A stretch of 64,000 bases of DNA from Octopus sinensis (GCF_006345805.1 NC_042999.1:69192001-69256000), one strand, 5' to 3'. Counted from the stretch's first letter, positions 34,325 to 46,881 are shown. Notes: a model not told the origin generated them from the sequence alone. Made by a program: numbers and translations.

Positions 34325-34712
34325 ATTATCATTGTTTAACGTCCGCTTTCCATGCTAGCATGAGTTGGACAGTTTGACCAAGGACTGGCAAGCCAGGAAG
34401 CTGCACCAGACTCCAATTTGATTTGGTAAGGTTTCTACAGCTGGATGCCCTTCCTAATGCCAACCACTTCAAGAGTGTAGTGGGCACTTTTTATGTGCCA
34501 CCAGCATGGAGTGCCAGTCAGGCAGCACTAGCATTGACCCACGCTTGAATGGTGATTATTATATGCCACCAGCACAGATGCGTGTCAGGTGGCATCAGCC
34601 ACAACTACAATTTCCAATTTGATTTCGATCTTGATTTGCTTTGATTTTGATTTTTGATTTTACTTGACTCAATAGGTCTTCCCAAGCACAGCATAATGCC
34701 TGATGATTCAAA
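34325..34712 (-). mobile_element. RTE LINE 3' tail
   Basis: catcattgtttaacgtccgctttccatgctagc..ggatgcccttcctaatgccaaccac..ttgactcaataggtcttccc. Confidence 0.85.
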
Positions 34713-34782
34713 GGTACTTTTAAATTGGATATATATATATATATATATATATACGAGAAATAAGCAACAAGAATGGATTGGT

Positions 34783-34873
34783 TTTTAGTACAATTGTTTC
34801 ATACAAAGACAGGCTTTATTACAAGTTGCAAAAATTGCAGCAGATAAAAGTGTCCCGTACTCATCAGCTAAAA
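34783..34873 (-). ncRNA. Penelope-type type I hammerhead ribozyme with a complete core
   Basis: UUUUAG-CUGAUGA-GUAC...GUAU-GAAA-CAAUUG-UA-CUAAAA: 6-bp stem I, stem II closed by G.U, palindromic stem III ACAAUUGU, GUA cleavage triplet. Confidence 0.8.
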
Positions 34874-35082
34874 TACATTTGAGTTCTCTAGACATCTTAG
34901 TGGGTGAGGTTATACTCATGAAATATTGGAGATAGTTCCATTAGAGGCAGATATAGGTTGTAAACAGTTTTCCAAAGTTCTTTAATGATGATGCACAGTC
35001 TTATCACAGATTTTTAAAAACTTATTAGTTTCGAAGAGAAGATGAATCAATCCATGCTACTCCTACCTATATATATATATAT

Positions 35083-35408
35083 ACTAGCTGGTGTACCCGG
35101 TAATTCAAAGTAATCGAACATAAACAATGAAATGGGTTATTTCCCTTGAGTGTTAAAAAAAATATTGTACAGGTGCTATGGGTTATTTCCCTTGGGTGTT
35201 TAAAAAATAGTTATATGAGGTAGATTTAAAGGTCCCTTCAAGGGGCCATATTATCAATATTTTCAACAATCTAAGTATGTCATGAGGTTTCCAGACATGA
35301 GTTCCACTCACATGTCAAGTTTCATCAAAATCAATAAAACGATGTAGGAGGAGTTTGCTAACAACGCCGCAAACAAACACACACCGATTTTCCACATATG
35401 TAGTTGAT
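35083..35408 (+). mobile_element. Helitron-like non-autonomous element
   Basis: 5' actagctggtgtacccgg; internal aagtttcatcaaaatc..gatgtaggaggagtt; 3' atgtagttgat; no TSD. Confidence 0.45.
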
Positions 35409-36412
35409 ATATACAATGGACTTCTTCCAGTTTCTGTCTACCACATCCATTCATAAGGCTTTGGTTGACCTGAGGCTATAGTAGAAAACACTTTCCCAAG
35501 GTGCCACATAGTAGGGCTGAACCCTGAACGATGTGGTTGGGAAGCAAGCTTCTTACTACACAGCCACTCCTGCACCTCTAGGTGTTTTCTTTTTTCATAA
35601 CTGTATACCTACTTTTGCACCAGGCTTCTTTCAGTTTCCTTTTACCAAATCTCATCACAAGGCAGTGGTTTGAAGTCTTCTAAATTATTCAACAGTATTT
35701 CTACTTTGTTGGTGTAGCAGTGTCTTTACTTTGTTTTTTTTGTTGTTTTTTGCTTTTGTATCATAATGCTTAATGAAAGAATTTTTAAAATTTGGTAAGA
35801 GACCTAGCCCAAATCATCGTATCTTTTCTCTTCCTCACTGCCAAGGAATATCAAGAAAAGGCTGGTCAGTCTGTCTCACTGTCCCAGTGGACAAAATGGA
35901 AAGGCGTTGCTGTGGAGGATGGCGAGATGCAGAGAAACAGCCACTCTGACTCATGGAGTTTATACTTGCAGATAGCCATCTCCGTCCTCATAGCAGTCTG
36001 CAAGGATATGGTCTGGGGGCTGAGAATACCAGGGATTTCCACCACCATTGGTTGGCTTGGGGTGATAGTTGAAGACACCTGCTTAAGCTGCCATGCAGTG
36101 GGGATGAACTTGAAACCATGTGACTGAGCAGCAAACCAGAGAATGAATGACATAACCATACCCGCAATAAAATTTAAAGGAAACTCAATAAATTTGTATA
36201 TTATTGAAGGTTAAATGGCTCCTCCATGCTGAAATATCTAGAAAAGTAAAAGAATACAAAAGAAAAAAATCTCTAAATCATTATAAAACAAATTCAGAGA
36301 CATTTTTTTTTAGGAGTTTAAAATTTTCAAAGGAGTCCTACTATGAAGAATTCAAAGATAAACCAAAAAACGAAAATACAGAAAATTGAGCTCTTAAAGC
36401 AACAGTTATAAT

Positions 36413-36644
36413 TTAACCCTTTCATTACCATATTCTTGTTGAAATATGCTGTCTTTGATTCAATTAATTTTGAAAATAACGAAGAATTTAGTGGAATATT
36501 TTTGTCATTATTAAACTGGTTATTTGGAACATAAATTGGCATGAAATTTTAAGGGAAGGTTTTAATTTAGATCATTTTTTAACCAGGAAGTTTGTAGCCT
36601 AGAACCAGGGATGGTTATAGGTGAGTTGGTATCAGAAAAGTTAA
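36413..36644. mobile_element. TTAA-flanked piggyBac-type MITE
   Basis: ttaaccctttcattacc ... ggtatcagaaaagttaa. Confidence 0.7.
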
Positions 36645-36789
36645 AGAGAATTAAAACTCCAGTTAGATACATAACCTTTCCTTTTATTTAAAAAAATTTT
36701 TTTGAGCTTAAAACATTAGTTGAACATCAAATTTCTTTGGAACATGAAAGGTTACATTAAATGCAATATAAAATATATTTATTTCTTTA

Positions 36790-37012
36790 CTACCCACAAG
36801 GGGTTAAACATAGAGGGGACAAACAAGGACAGACAAACGGATTAAGTCGATTACATCGACCCCAGTGCGAAACTGGTACTTTATTATCGACCCTGAAAGG
36901 ATGAAAGGCAAAGTCGACCTTGACAGAATTTGAAGTCAGAACATATGACAGACGAAATACCGCTAAGCATTTTGCCCGGCACACTAACGTTTCTGCCAGC
37001 TCACCGCCTGCA
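36790..37012 (-). mobile_element. SINE family Y
   Basis: Same sequence as 7160-7386. Confidence 0.85.
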
Positions 37013-37746
37013 GCACAATGCATCTTCTGCAACTGGAAAGCTGATGCAAATGCAACAGAAAATAACCTGTATAAATTGAAGAGAATAAAGCCACATTATT
37101 CACTGTTAATGTTAGAGGAGAGGACTATGGGTAGACGTTAGCAGAGAATTGGAGAGGGCAAACATTTTTGCCTTTATGTTGTAGTGGGGATTCAAAACTG
37201 AATCCCTGGATATGTGGTCAGACATCACATGCAAACCACCATAGTTTCACACAACTGATCTATTAAGTGACCAATCAGCATGAAGCAACGGCGTGGACAG
37301 ATTTTCTTGAACATTCTAGAATTTGACTTCAACCAACTGGACAACCCAGGAAGGTGGCTACGGCAGGTGGTACAGATAGTAGACAGGAACCCCTGTTGTC
37401 ATGAATATAGCACAGTTATTTCCAGTTATGTTGAGTAAGCCACATGTTGCTATATCAATAGCTTGCTGTAAACTCCAAGAAGTACCTCTCTCTCTCTCTG
37501 TCTCCCAATATGTATTTATTGCTGTTGTTGTCTGTAAAAGGTCAATGTACTTTGTCTTTCTGTGCGATAATAAAATCTCCTGTTAAATATTCACGAGTGT
37601 TGTTCAATTACTTCTACACGCAACCCAAGAAACATATTTTCATTCTTCAACCATTCACCCTACACAGATCCAGCCAACAGCCTGCAAACTGTGACACTAC
37701 CATTCAAAAGTTGACTCCCCTATTAGCAAAGGTATCAGGGGAGGAA

Positions 37747-38227
37747 TTAACCCTTTCGTTTCAGTATTTATTTCGAGATGCTTTGTGTTTCTTTCAATTA
37801 ATTTAAATATAACAAACAATTTAGTAAAATAACTTAGTTATCATTCAGCTAGTGTTAGGAACATAAATTGTGACTAAGGTTTGGTAGAAGATTTTAATTC
37901 AAAACTTATGAAAACAAGACATTTGTACTACAGAGGTAGAGCTGGTTTCAGCCTGGTTGGTAATGAAAGGGTTAAGAATTGTTCCTCTATTATATATTTT
38001 AACCCTTTTGTTGTCATATTTCTGTTAAGATGCTCTCTGCTTCTTTCAATTAATTTTAAATATAACAAAGAATTTAGTAAAATTACTTAGTTATCATTAA
38101 GCTAGTGTTAGGAACGTATATTGTGACTAAGGTTTGGTGGAAGATTTTAATTCAAAACTTATGGAAACAAGACATTTGTACTCAGAGCCAGAAGCAGTTT
38201 TAGCGGGGTTGGTATCAAAAGGGTTAA
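37747..38227. mobile_element. Two adjacent TTAA-flanked MITEs (37747-37975 and 37999-38227)
   Basis: Each runs ttaacccttt..aaatataacaaa..ctagtgttagga..aaacaagacatttgtact..ggttggta..aaagggttaa. Confidence 0.85.
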
Positions 38228-38510
38228 ACTATGAAGTGGAATAAATCTGCCCCACCAAAACATGTTAATGGTAGGCTAGGGAAAAAAGACAGCCGCACGC
38301 TATTTTCTTATCCTAATTTATTTTTGAAATAAATATATATATATTTTAGAAAAATATTTCCTGTTGTCATTGTTATGGTAAGTTTGTCATTTATAAAAAA
38401 TTTTGGTGGTTGTGTTTGTCTGCCAGTAGATTTCAGATACTATTTTTAGCATTGAAGTACATGGAATCCTTCCCATTCCATGTCACTCTCTTAAAGATAT
38501 CATCAAACAG

Positions 38511-38862
38511 GAAAATACTGCAACTTTCTTTTTAAAATTTGATGTTTTTTTTTTGTTGGTAAGATTTCTCTTTCTTGTGTTTTTTTTCCCTTTTGGAGCC
38601 AGTAAAACTACTGACTCTTACATCACACACTTTTCTGTTATTGTCATCGTCATCATCATCATCATCACCCTCACCACACTCATCACCACAAGAAAATACT
38701 GCAACTGTCTTTTTAAAATTTGATGTTTTTTTTTTGTTGGTATGATTTCTCTTTCTTGTGTTTTTTCCCTTTTGGAGCCAGTAAAACTACTGATTCTTAC
38801 ATCACACACTTTTCTGTTATTGTCATCGTCATCATCATCACCCTCACCACACTCATCACCAC
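38511..38862. repeat. 181-bp tandem duplication followed by (CAC/CAT)n
   Basis: gaaaatactgcaact..ggagccagtaaaactactga..ctcaccacactcatcaccac at 38511 and 38692. Confidence 0.92.
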
Positions 38863-39942
38863 CACCACTACCACCACCATCATCATCATCATCACCACCA
38901 TCATCATCCAACCTACAGTCACCACGATCACGACCACCACTGCCACTACCACCACCACCAGAACCATCATCACCACCAGCACCATCACCACCTCCATCAT
39001 CATCACTGCTATCTCAATACCACCACCATCAGCACCACCACCACCACCATCATCTTCAACAACACACAGACACAGATAGCATTCCTCTCTGTTGTGAATG
39101 TAAAGTGTTCAAAAACAACCAGCCGACTTTTTTTGTCATTGTGAATTTGTTCCTTCAGTTTAACCTACCATAAATTTATCTCAAGAAGAAGAAGAAGAAG
39201 AAGAAGAAGAAAGAAAGACTCAAAAATAGAAATAGGTTAAACAAATTTGTGTTTAGAAATTTTTTATGCATTACATTACAATATATAATTCTGTAAGAGA
39301 CAGAATCGGTTCATATTTTTTTTGTTTCTTTCTTTTACCCAATTCCATCTCTGACTCCACGTCTGATAAGGTGTCAGATTTATTGAGCTGTAACTTATCA
39401 ATAAACTCAATACTTATATACATCCCTCTGTTATATCATCATCATTGTCATCATCATCATCATCTACCATCCATGTTCCATTGTTCCATGCTTACATGGG
39501 TTGGATGGTTTGACAGGATCTGACGAGTCCAAGAACTTTATTGTCTTCTAGTGAAGTCTGCTTTGGAATGGTTTCTATGGCTAGATGCCCTTCCTAACAC
39601 CAATCCCTTTACAGCGCATATGAGGTGCTTTCCCTGTGTCATCAGCTCTAGTGAAGTCACCATGCAGCTTGCAGGGCTACAAACGCTGATCAGGGGTGAG
39701 TTTATGCTTGGAGATGAAGGGTTTAAAGTACAAGAGAAGGGACCTGAGCAGAATGGAGGAACAACATGGCCACTCACATTTAGAAAAGTGGTTAAGAAGT
39801 TTGCTTTACAGTTACGTGGTTTCAGGCTCAGTCCCATTGTGTGACCCCTTGAGAAAATATTTTCTACTATACTTCTGGGCCAACCAGTGCTTTATGAGCT
39901 TAATAGATAGAAACTGTGTGGAAACTCATCTATATGTGTGTA

Positions 39943-40153
39943 CAGTAATCCCTTGCCATATTGCGGTTCACCTATCGTGGCTTATCATTTAAACTTACAT
40001 CTATTCATTTGTGGTGTTGTTTTGGATTTATAATAAAATAAATATAAACAAATTATAAAACTATACAAGTACAGTACTGTTTCTACTTCATGGATTTTCA
40101 CCTATCGTGGGAGGTTTTGGAATGTTACACCCGTGATAGTCAAGAGATTACTG
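39943..40153. mobile_element. Tc1/Tigger-type MITE
   Basis: TA-cagtaatcccttgc ... tcaagagattactg-TA. Confidence 0.75.
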
Positions 40154-40363
40154 TATACAACAGGCTTCTTTCTGTTTCCATCTACCAAATCTGTCCACAA
40201 GGCTTTGGTCGGTCCAAGGCTATAGTAGAGGACTGTACCCAGAACCATATGGCTGGGAAGCATATCTATCTATCTATCTGAATATATATATATATGTGGT
40301 TCTTGTGTCGTCTCTGTGGTGTTTCATGTTCTTGTCCATGTCTGTAATTATTCTTACTGTTTA

Positions 40364-40406
<43 letters not shown>

Positions 40407-41737
40407 CAGTAATCCAATATTTTTAAAATTAATTCAAAGACATTACATTTCAATAAATACAAAAGGAACATGAAAGGTTATGCTTAATGAAATAAAAATT
40501 TATGATAGAATGCGAATTCAGTGTCCATACTTTACAAACATGCAACATGATACTTTGTCCTTAATTATCATATATTCTAACCTTGACTTGGAGAGAGAAT
40601 TTCTTTGTTACTAACAGAGGTAATAGCACCTTCAACTTTACCCTTTACCACTCTTACTGTTCCAAAACACCCCTCTTCCTTTGCTAATTAGGTCACCTAG
40701 GTTACAGAAGCTATTAACTATGTCTTTCTACTAATTACTCTCATCAGCTTGTGATTCCACTGCATCTCTTATGTCATTGAGCACTCCAAGGAATTCCTAC
40801 TTACTCTTTCTTGCATATCAACCATGGTGCATTCTTCAATGGAACTAGAGTTCTGTCCATGAACTAAAACCAGTAGCATAGCTAGGTTCTAAAGTTAGGG
40901 GGAGCAAGTGCATAAAAAATGGCACCATGACACATACCAAACAACCTTTAACTCATTTCTCTTATATTTCATTGGTTACAATATAGGTAATTGTATTCTA
41001 CATTCATTAGTCTCGTGTTTCAGTAACAATGTCATTATGCTTGAAACATAAAACTCCCGATGTAGGTGTGACATGAAAAAGAGAAAACCCCATGGGCTTC
41101 ACCAGTGTCATGAGGTTAATGACAGTCAGGGTTTGTTTTGGTCTTTCAGATGTTAGTGGCCACCAACACATCACAGGTGATTGAGCAGCCAGTTCTAAAA
41201 CATGGGAATTTGGTTAAATCAAGTAATGACCCCAGAAAGCTCTTTCAAGGCCATGCAATTAAAAAAAAAATGGAAATTCAGCTTTTGTCATGCAAGTGAA
41301 TTAGAGTTTTAAAAAATTGTTGGAAAGGCACCAATTTTGAAAAATGTGCTTGGGGTGGGGGCTGTTGCACTGCCCTCCACTCCCCTATTTGCTGTGTCAC
41401 TGACAAACATTTATTTTTGCTAAGTATATTTAACTGAGTGGTAAGAAGCTTGGAATTATTCACTTGAATGTATGGTTCTCAAGAACTATTTTAAAGATTG
41501 AAATCTGTTATAGATTGTATGGAATGGATGATGACCTGCAGTGGAATGATCGAGATGCAATGAGGGAGAGACACAATGGCAAATTTAGATGATCAAGATT
41601 TTCTTTTTTTTCTTGTTTCAGCTCAGAGCTGCGGCCATGCTGATGCACCGCCATTTAAACAATGTTCATTATAACACTTCCAATCAGTTAAGATCAGAAG
41701 CCACGAGAGCCACTGCCTGGTACTGCATCAGGGCACT

Positions 41738-41808
41738 GCTTGGAATTGAACTCGAAATCTTGGGGTTAGTAGCCTGCGCTCTTAACCATACGCCATATGC
41801 CTGTGGGT
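41738..41808 (-). mobile_element. Isolated inverted tRNA head of the hammerhead-bearing element
   Basis: Minus strand gcatatggcgtatggttaagagcgcaggctactaaccccaagatttcgagttcaattcc matches the heads at 20853 and 31248. Confidence 0.75.
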
Positions 41809-43884
41809 GATGAAATGATAAAATGAGACATTGATGAAAGTGTAAACAAAGAAGAATGAAATGAGAGACACAACAGTAAGTTTAGATGAATAACAGGGTG
41901 AAACGATGAAATAGGACACCATTATTATCAGGTAAACAAAGAAGAATGAAATGAGAGACAACAACCACAAGTGAAATGATAAAAACAGACATCAAGAAAA
42001 ATGGCAGGAGTTATTTGGCTAATGAGATGATAAAACAAAAACAAAAGTGAATCGGACTTTGATGATTTTTTAAGTAATAAACTTGTTTTATGAACAATGA
42101 CCCATTTTTAACCTGCACTACAGCCTTTGCTTGATAATTTTTAAGCCAAAATTACTGACCAAATGTAGGAACCATGCCAGTTGGTTTATTTTTATTTTTA
42201 TTTTTTGTGGTTCATTTTGTGTTTTTTTTTTCCTTAAATTCATTGTGGTGTTGATATTACATTTGTTTCTTAAACAGAAAAATATGTATCTGGTGGGTGG
42301 CGGAGGGTGTCAGATTATAATAAGAGGATAAAATAGATTACGGGTTTTCAGCGAGGAAAATAATGGGAAGGTTGTGTTATTATTATTCAAGATTGTGTTG
42401 TAGTTGTGTCAATATTGTTTCAGCTCTGTTTGTGTGGAAATATATTATTTAGTGGTGGTGGCCGTATCAGGCCTGTCTTGAGTTAAAGATGGAACTAACA
42501 TAGCTGGCAAACTGACAATTATCATTGTTGTTATTATTATTTTGGGCTGTTGTTTTGGAAAAACTTGATTCTATATTTCATTACTTACATTTGTAACAGG
42601 TAAAGTGTATGATGATGATGATAATGATGATGATGATGATGATGATGATAGTGGTGGTGGGGTGGAGTGATAGTGGTGGTGGTGATGATAATGATGGTAT
42701 TGATAATGAGGATGAGGATGGTAGGAGGTAACAGTGGTAGTTGTGATGATGATGATGATGATGCTGTTAACATTTATGATGGTGATGGCGATGTCTATAA
42801 CTGAGATGGTGATGATGATGATGGTGGTGGAGATTGACAGTGGCAGTCATAGTGATGATGATGGCACTGACAATGATGTTAATAACCGAGATGGTAACGA
42901 TGATAATGATAGTGGTGATGATGATGATGCTGAAAGTCAGTGGTATTAGGTGGTGGCGTTATGGTAATGACAAGGTGTATTTATATGGTAGCAACCTTAA
43001 TTTAATTCAAAGCCCTCACCTATAATTTCTGAGAAACATCAATAACACAACACAATCATTATATCTCATCATATTCAGAAACATATGGACAAAATTATTC
43101 TCCGTTCCATTGTTCTCCCCCACCACACACATGACCACCACTGCAGCCACCATCACCATGCTCCAACCAATTGTTTTCAATACATTAATACGAACCATCA
43201 GATTTCCCCTGAGGGGGAACATTGCCAATTCTTCAATATCAAATGCACACTGCATTGACCATTGTTGAAAGCAGCCAGCTTAGATATTCCATCGGCTAAT
43301 AACTTTGATGCTATTCAAATACAAATTTGCTTTTTACATTAATATTTATTTCTTAAAAAAAAAATATATAAAATTTAAAAAAACCCAGATAATTTTCAGA
43401 TAGAGAAATAGATTTATTCATTTAAAATATTTTTTTGAAAATATTCTCTTGAAATATTTTCTTTTTTTTTTTTTTGTTTTACATTTCTGGTAATAATTAA
43501 TTTTGTTTTTCTCGTAAGTGTAAATAAATGTCCACCTGGCCAGGTAAATAATTTTCTGCTGAGAAGATAAAATGTTGTAGATTGTAATAATAGTTTGGCT
43601 GTATTCAGAATATATCATTATCTTTTCTAGAAACTTATAAACCAAGGAATAATGTTTCATTTTCTTTAGTTTCATTATTTTTATGTATATTTTTTTCTTC
43701 ATGCTAGCATGGGTTAAACCAGTGATTCCTGACCAATTTTTGCCTCTAGACTGTTCTGATTCTCATTTTACTTGGGTGAGAGGACCCTCATAGCCACTCA
43801 ATGTTTAAAAACTTTTATATTTTTTATAATTAAGGTGCAGACATGGCTATGTGCATAGGCACAGGTGTGGTTGTGTACATAAAC

Positions 43885-44410
43885 GCAGGCGTGGCTGTAC
43901 GGTAAGAAGCTTGTTTCCCAACCACATGGTTTTGGGTTCAGTCCCACTGTGTGGCATCTTGGGCAAGTGTCTTCTAGTATAGCCTCAGGCTGACCAAAGC
44001 CATATGAGTAGATTTGGTAGGCGGAAACTGAAAGAAGCTCATCATATATGTGTATGTGTGCGTGTGTGTCTCTGTGTGTATGTGTATGCGCGTATGTGTG
44101 TGTGTATCTGTGTGCCTGTGTTTGTATCTTCACCATTGCTTGACAACCGATGTTGGTGTGTTTACGTCCCCATAACTTAGTGGTTTGGCAAAAGAAACCG
44201 ATAGAAAAAGTACTACACTTAAAAAGAATAAGTCCTGAGGTTGATTTACTCAACTAATTTGAGAGCTTTGGCAGCCATTTCTTGCAGGTTAAATGTAGAG
44301 AAACTTGAAATGCACGTTCCTGTACAGTACTACATTATATAATTTCTTTCACGATTTAAGGTGCTCCAGCATGGGCATAGTCAAATGACTGAACCACGTA
44401 AAAGAATAAA
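43885..44410 (+). mobile_element. SINE family X, heavily CpG-decayed
   Basis: ctcaggctgacc, ctcatcat, agtggtttgg, gttgat replace CpG-containing motifs seen in the 21117 copy. Confidence 0.9.
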
Positions 44411-44515
44411 AGTATTTTTACGAATTGTATAAAAAAATGTTGATATGTTTTTGTGAATTGTGGAAGCATAACCAATTATTGCATAAATTTTAACAACAAA
44501 ATCTATACTCACACA

Positions 44516-45036
44516 GACCTTTGGAGATATGCTGTGCTTGAGAAGACCCGACAAGCCAAGTGAGATCGTAACCATGGCCTATACCAATGTAGCATAACCA
44601 GCCCATTTAAGAGCACTCTTCAATCATTGGGCAATAAACTGCACTTGTGATGACCTGTTGAGGCAAGTGAAGTCATTGTCGTGGTCAATGACAGTACTGC
44701 CTGATTGGAACCCGTGCTGGTGGCATGTAAAAAGCACCATTTGAGCGTGGCCAATGCCAGTACTACCTGACTGGCCTTTGTGCCAGTGGCATGTAAAAAG
44801 CACCATTCGAGCATGGCCGATGCCAGTACTGCTTGACTGGGCCTCATGCTGGTGGCATGTAAAAAGCAGCCACTACACTCTTGGAGTGGTTGGTGTTAGG
44901 AAGGGCATCCAGCTGTAGAAACATTGCCAGATCAGATTGGAGCTTGGTGCAGCCTTCTGTCTCGCTAGCCCTCAGTCAAACTGTCCAACCCATGCCAGCG
45001 TGGAAAACGAACATTAAATGACAATGATGATGATGA
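44516..45036 (+). mobile_element. RTE LINE 3' end
   Basis: gacctttggagatatgctgtgcttgagaagacccgacaagccaagtgag..; tandem ggtggcatgtaaaaagcacc motifs; (GAT)n tail. Confidence 0.88.
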
Positions 45037-45230
45037 CACACACACACATACATACACACACACCACACTCACACACACATATATCTAAGTAATTATTTAA
45101 GTATTGGGTATATTCCTAGTAGTTAGCTGATGAAGCATGTTCACAGCCTATGGCTACCTGACTTCATCCACAGTGTTTACACAATTGTCTCTGGATCTAC
45201 CTCAGGAATTCTTCAGTGTTCGTTGAGTAC

Positions 45231-45571
45231 ATAACATGATAGAAATGGAAAATGGAAATGTACGTAAAACTTTATTGCTCACAACGATTGTTTTGACCCA
45301 CTCTGCATCAATCCCTCACGGGTGGGATACTGTACAACTGGTTGTGGTGCATCCTTTGATGTAGAAGATTGTCAGGTGATATTATAAGAGTTTATTTTAT
45401 GAGATACCCCTTATAACATCACCTAAGGAGATGAGTCTCCACTGAGGGAGGCACCACAATCAGTTGCACAGTATCCCACCTGCGAGGGATCGAAGCAGGG
45501 TGGGTAGAAATGATTGTTGTGAGCAATAAAACTTGTCATGTATTCCATTTTCCATCTCTATCATTTGTTAT
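45231..45571. mobile_element. ~340-bp almost fully palindromic MITE-like element
   Basis: ataacatgatagaaatggaaaatggaa..tttattgctcacaac..gtgggatactgt..aggtgatattataag / loop / cttataacatcacct..acagtatcccac..gttgtgagcaataaa..ttccattttccatctctatcatttgttat. Confidence 0.85.
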
Positions 45572-46174
45572 ATATACACAGCTTCTCTCAGTTTCCATTT
45601 ACACTTGCCTAAGGCAACACACAGTGGGACTGAACCCAGACCCATGTGGTTAGGAAGCAACCTTCTTACCACACAGCCACTCCTACACCTGTATGTATGT
45701 CAATTTCTGTTACCAAATCTATTTGCAAGGCTTTGGTCTGCCCAAGACACTTACCCAAGGTGCTATGCAATGAGACTGGACCCAAAATGACACACTTGGG
45801 ATATGACCTACTTAACCACACACCTGAGTGATATAAATTATTTTACATATCGGCAAAGAGTTTTAGGAAGGATCTTAGTTAATAGAATTCAACCAAGGAG
45901 ATAATGGGTAAATTTTTTTTTAGTCTGTGGAAGATTAAAAGTAACTAATTCCAGTCATCATGGGATTTCAACTGAAAATGCAAAAGAGCTGTAACTAAAT
46001 TCTAAAAAGCATTGATTCAGCTCTTTACCGTTCCTCTCACGTAACTTGGCTGTTTCCATTTTACAAATAGTGATAGAACATGGCCTGAGGAACTAGAATT
46101 ATAACAAACACAAGAATTTCAGGCATATTCTTCTCTCATAAACTTTATGTTGAGGTGTGCAAATTTAATTGTCT

Positions 46175-46211
<37 letters not shown>

Positions 46212-46212
46212 T

Positions 46213-46352
46213 CTTGAGAAGTACGTGGAACAAATAGGGGCTGCAATAAGGGTGGAGCACTTGCAGAAAACAGCACTGCTTGGAGCAGCTCAAATACTCC
46301 AGAAGGTACTCGAAAAATAAGTACATCTCCAGTGTTAGAAGCTGGGCAAAGG
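46213..46352 (+). mobile_element. C-terminal fragment of an R4/Dong-type (RLE) non-LTR retrotransposon
   Basis: LEKYVEQIGAAIRVEHLQKTALLGAAQILQKVLEK* (LQK.ALLG...IL..VL motif), flanked by (TAA)n on both sides. Confidence 0.8.
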
Positions 46353-46383
46353 TAATAATAATAACAACAACAACAACAACAAC

Positions 46384-46440
<57 letters not shown>

Positions 46441-46623
46441 AATAAATAAATAAATAATAATAATTTTAGCACAAGGCAAGCAATTTTAAGGTAAATTGCT
46501 TACCCCACCCACTATTCAACTGCTACTTATTTTAACAACCCCGAAAGGTAAAGTTGACTTCAGTGAAACATGAAAATAATAATGCTGATAGTAATATCTG
46601 CATAGGAATGTGAACTTTGGACA

Positions 46624-46881
46624 AATTACAGCAAATGCAGAACTGACAAGCGCAGGCAGTAAAGTGGCAAAGGTGAGACTGTGTGACATATTGGGAATGA
46701 GTGCATGAAACTGGCCCAAAAAGAATACAAAAGGAGACATGATAATGGTGTAAAAATGATTTATTGGGAGATGTGTGGAAAGTATGGATTGGATAAAGGG
46801 AAAACATGGTATGGGCAAACCACAGGGGGAATAATTGAGAATGGCAAGGTAAAGATATTGTGGGGTGTAATGAGATCATGA
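46624..46881 (+). mobile_element. R4/Dong-type CCHC zinc-knuckle/RLE-proximal fragment
   Basis: KCR...GETV*HIGNECMKLAQKEYKRRHDN..IYWEMCGKYGL..WY..IENGKVKILW; internal stops. Confidence 0.85.

Noticed and set aside
38618-39173. Poly-Thr/Ser/His/Asp ORFs (also 8867-9198, 42585-43025)
   Set aside because: Trinucleotide microsatellite translations with no splice or homology support
43016-43255. Resemblance to the GPAT3/4 segment VVG..NG..F..M.Y..CV
   Set aside because: Spacing from the upstream PLR motif differs by ~11 residues; too few identities to name a gene
45127-45170. CTGATGA as a hammerhead (also 39520 CTGACGA and 57594 CTGATGA)
   Set aside because: No stem II-GAAA-stem III-UH downstream; the latter two are mutated LINE-tail sequence
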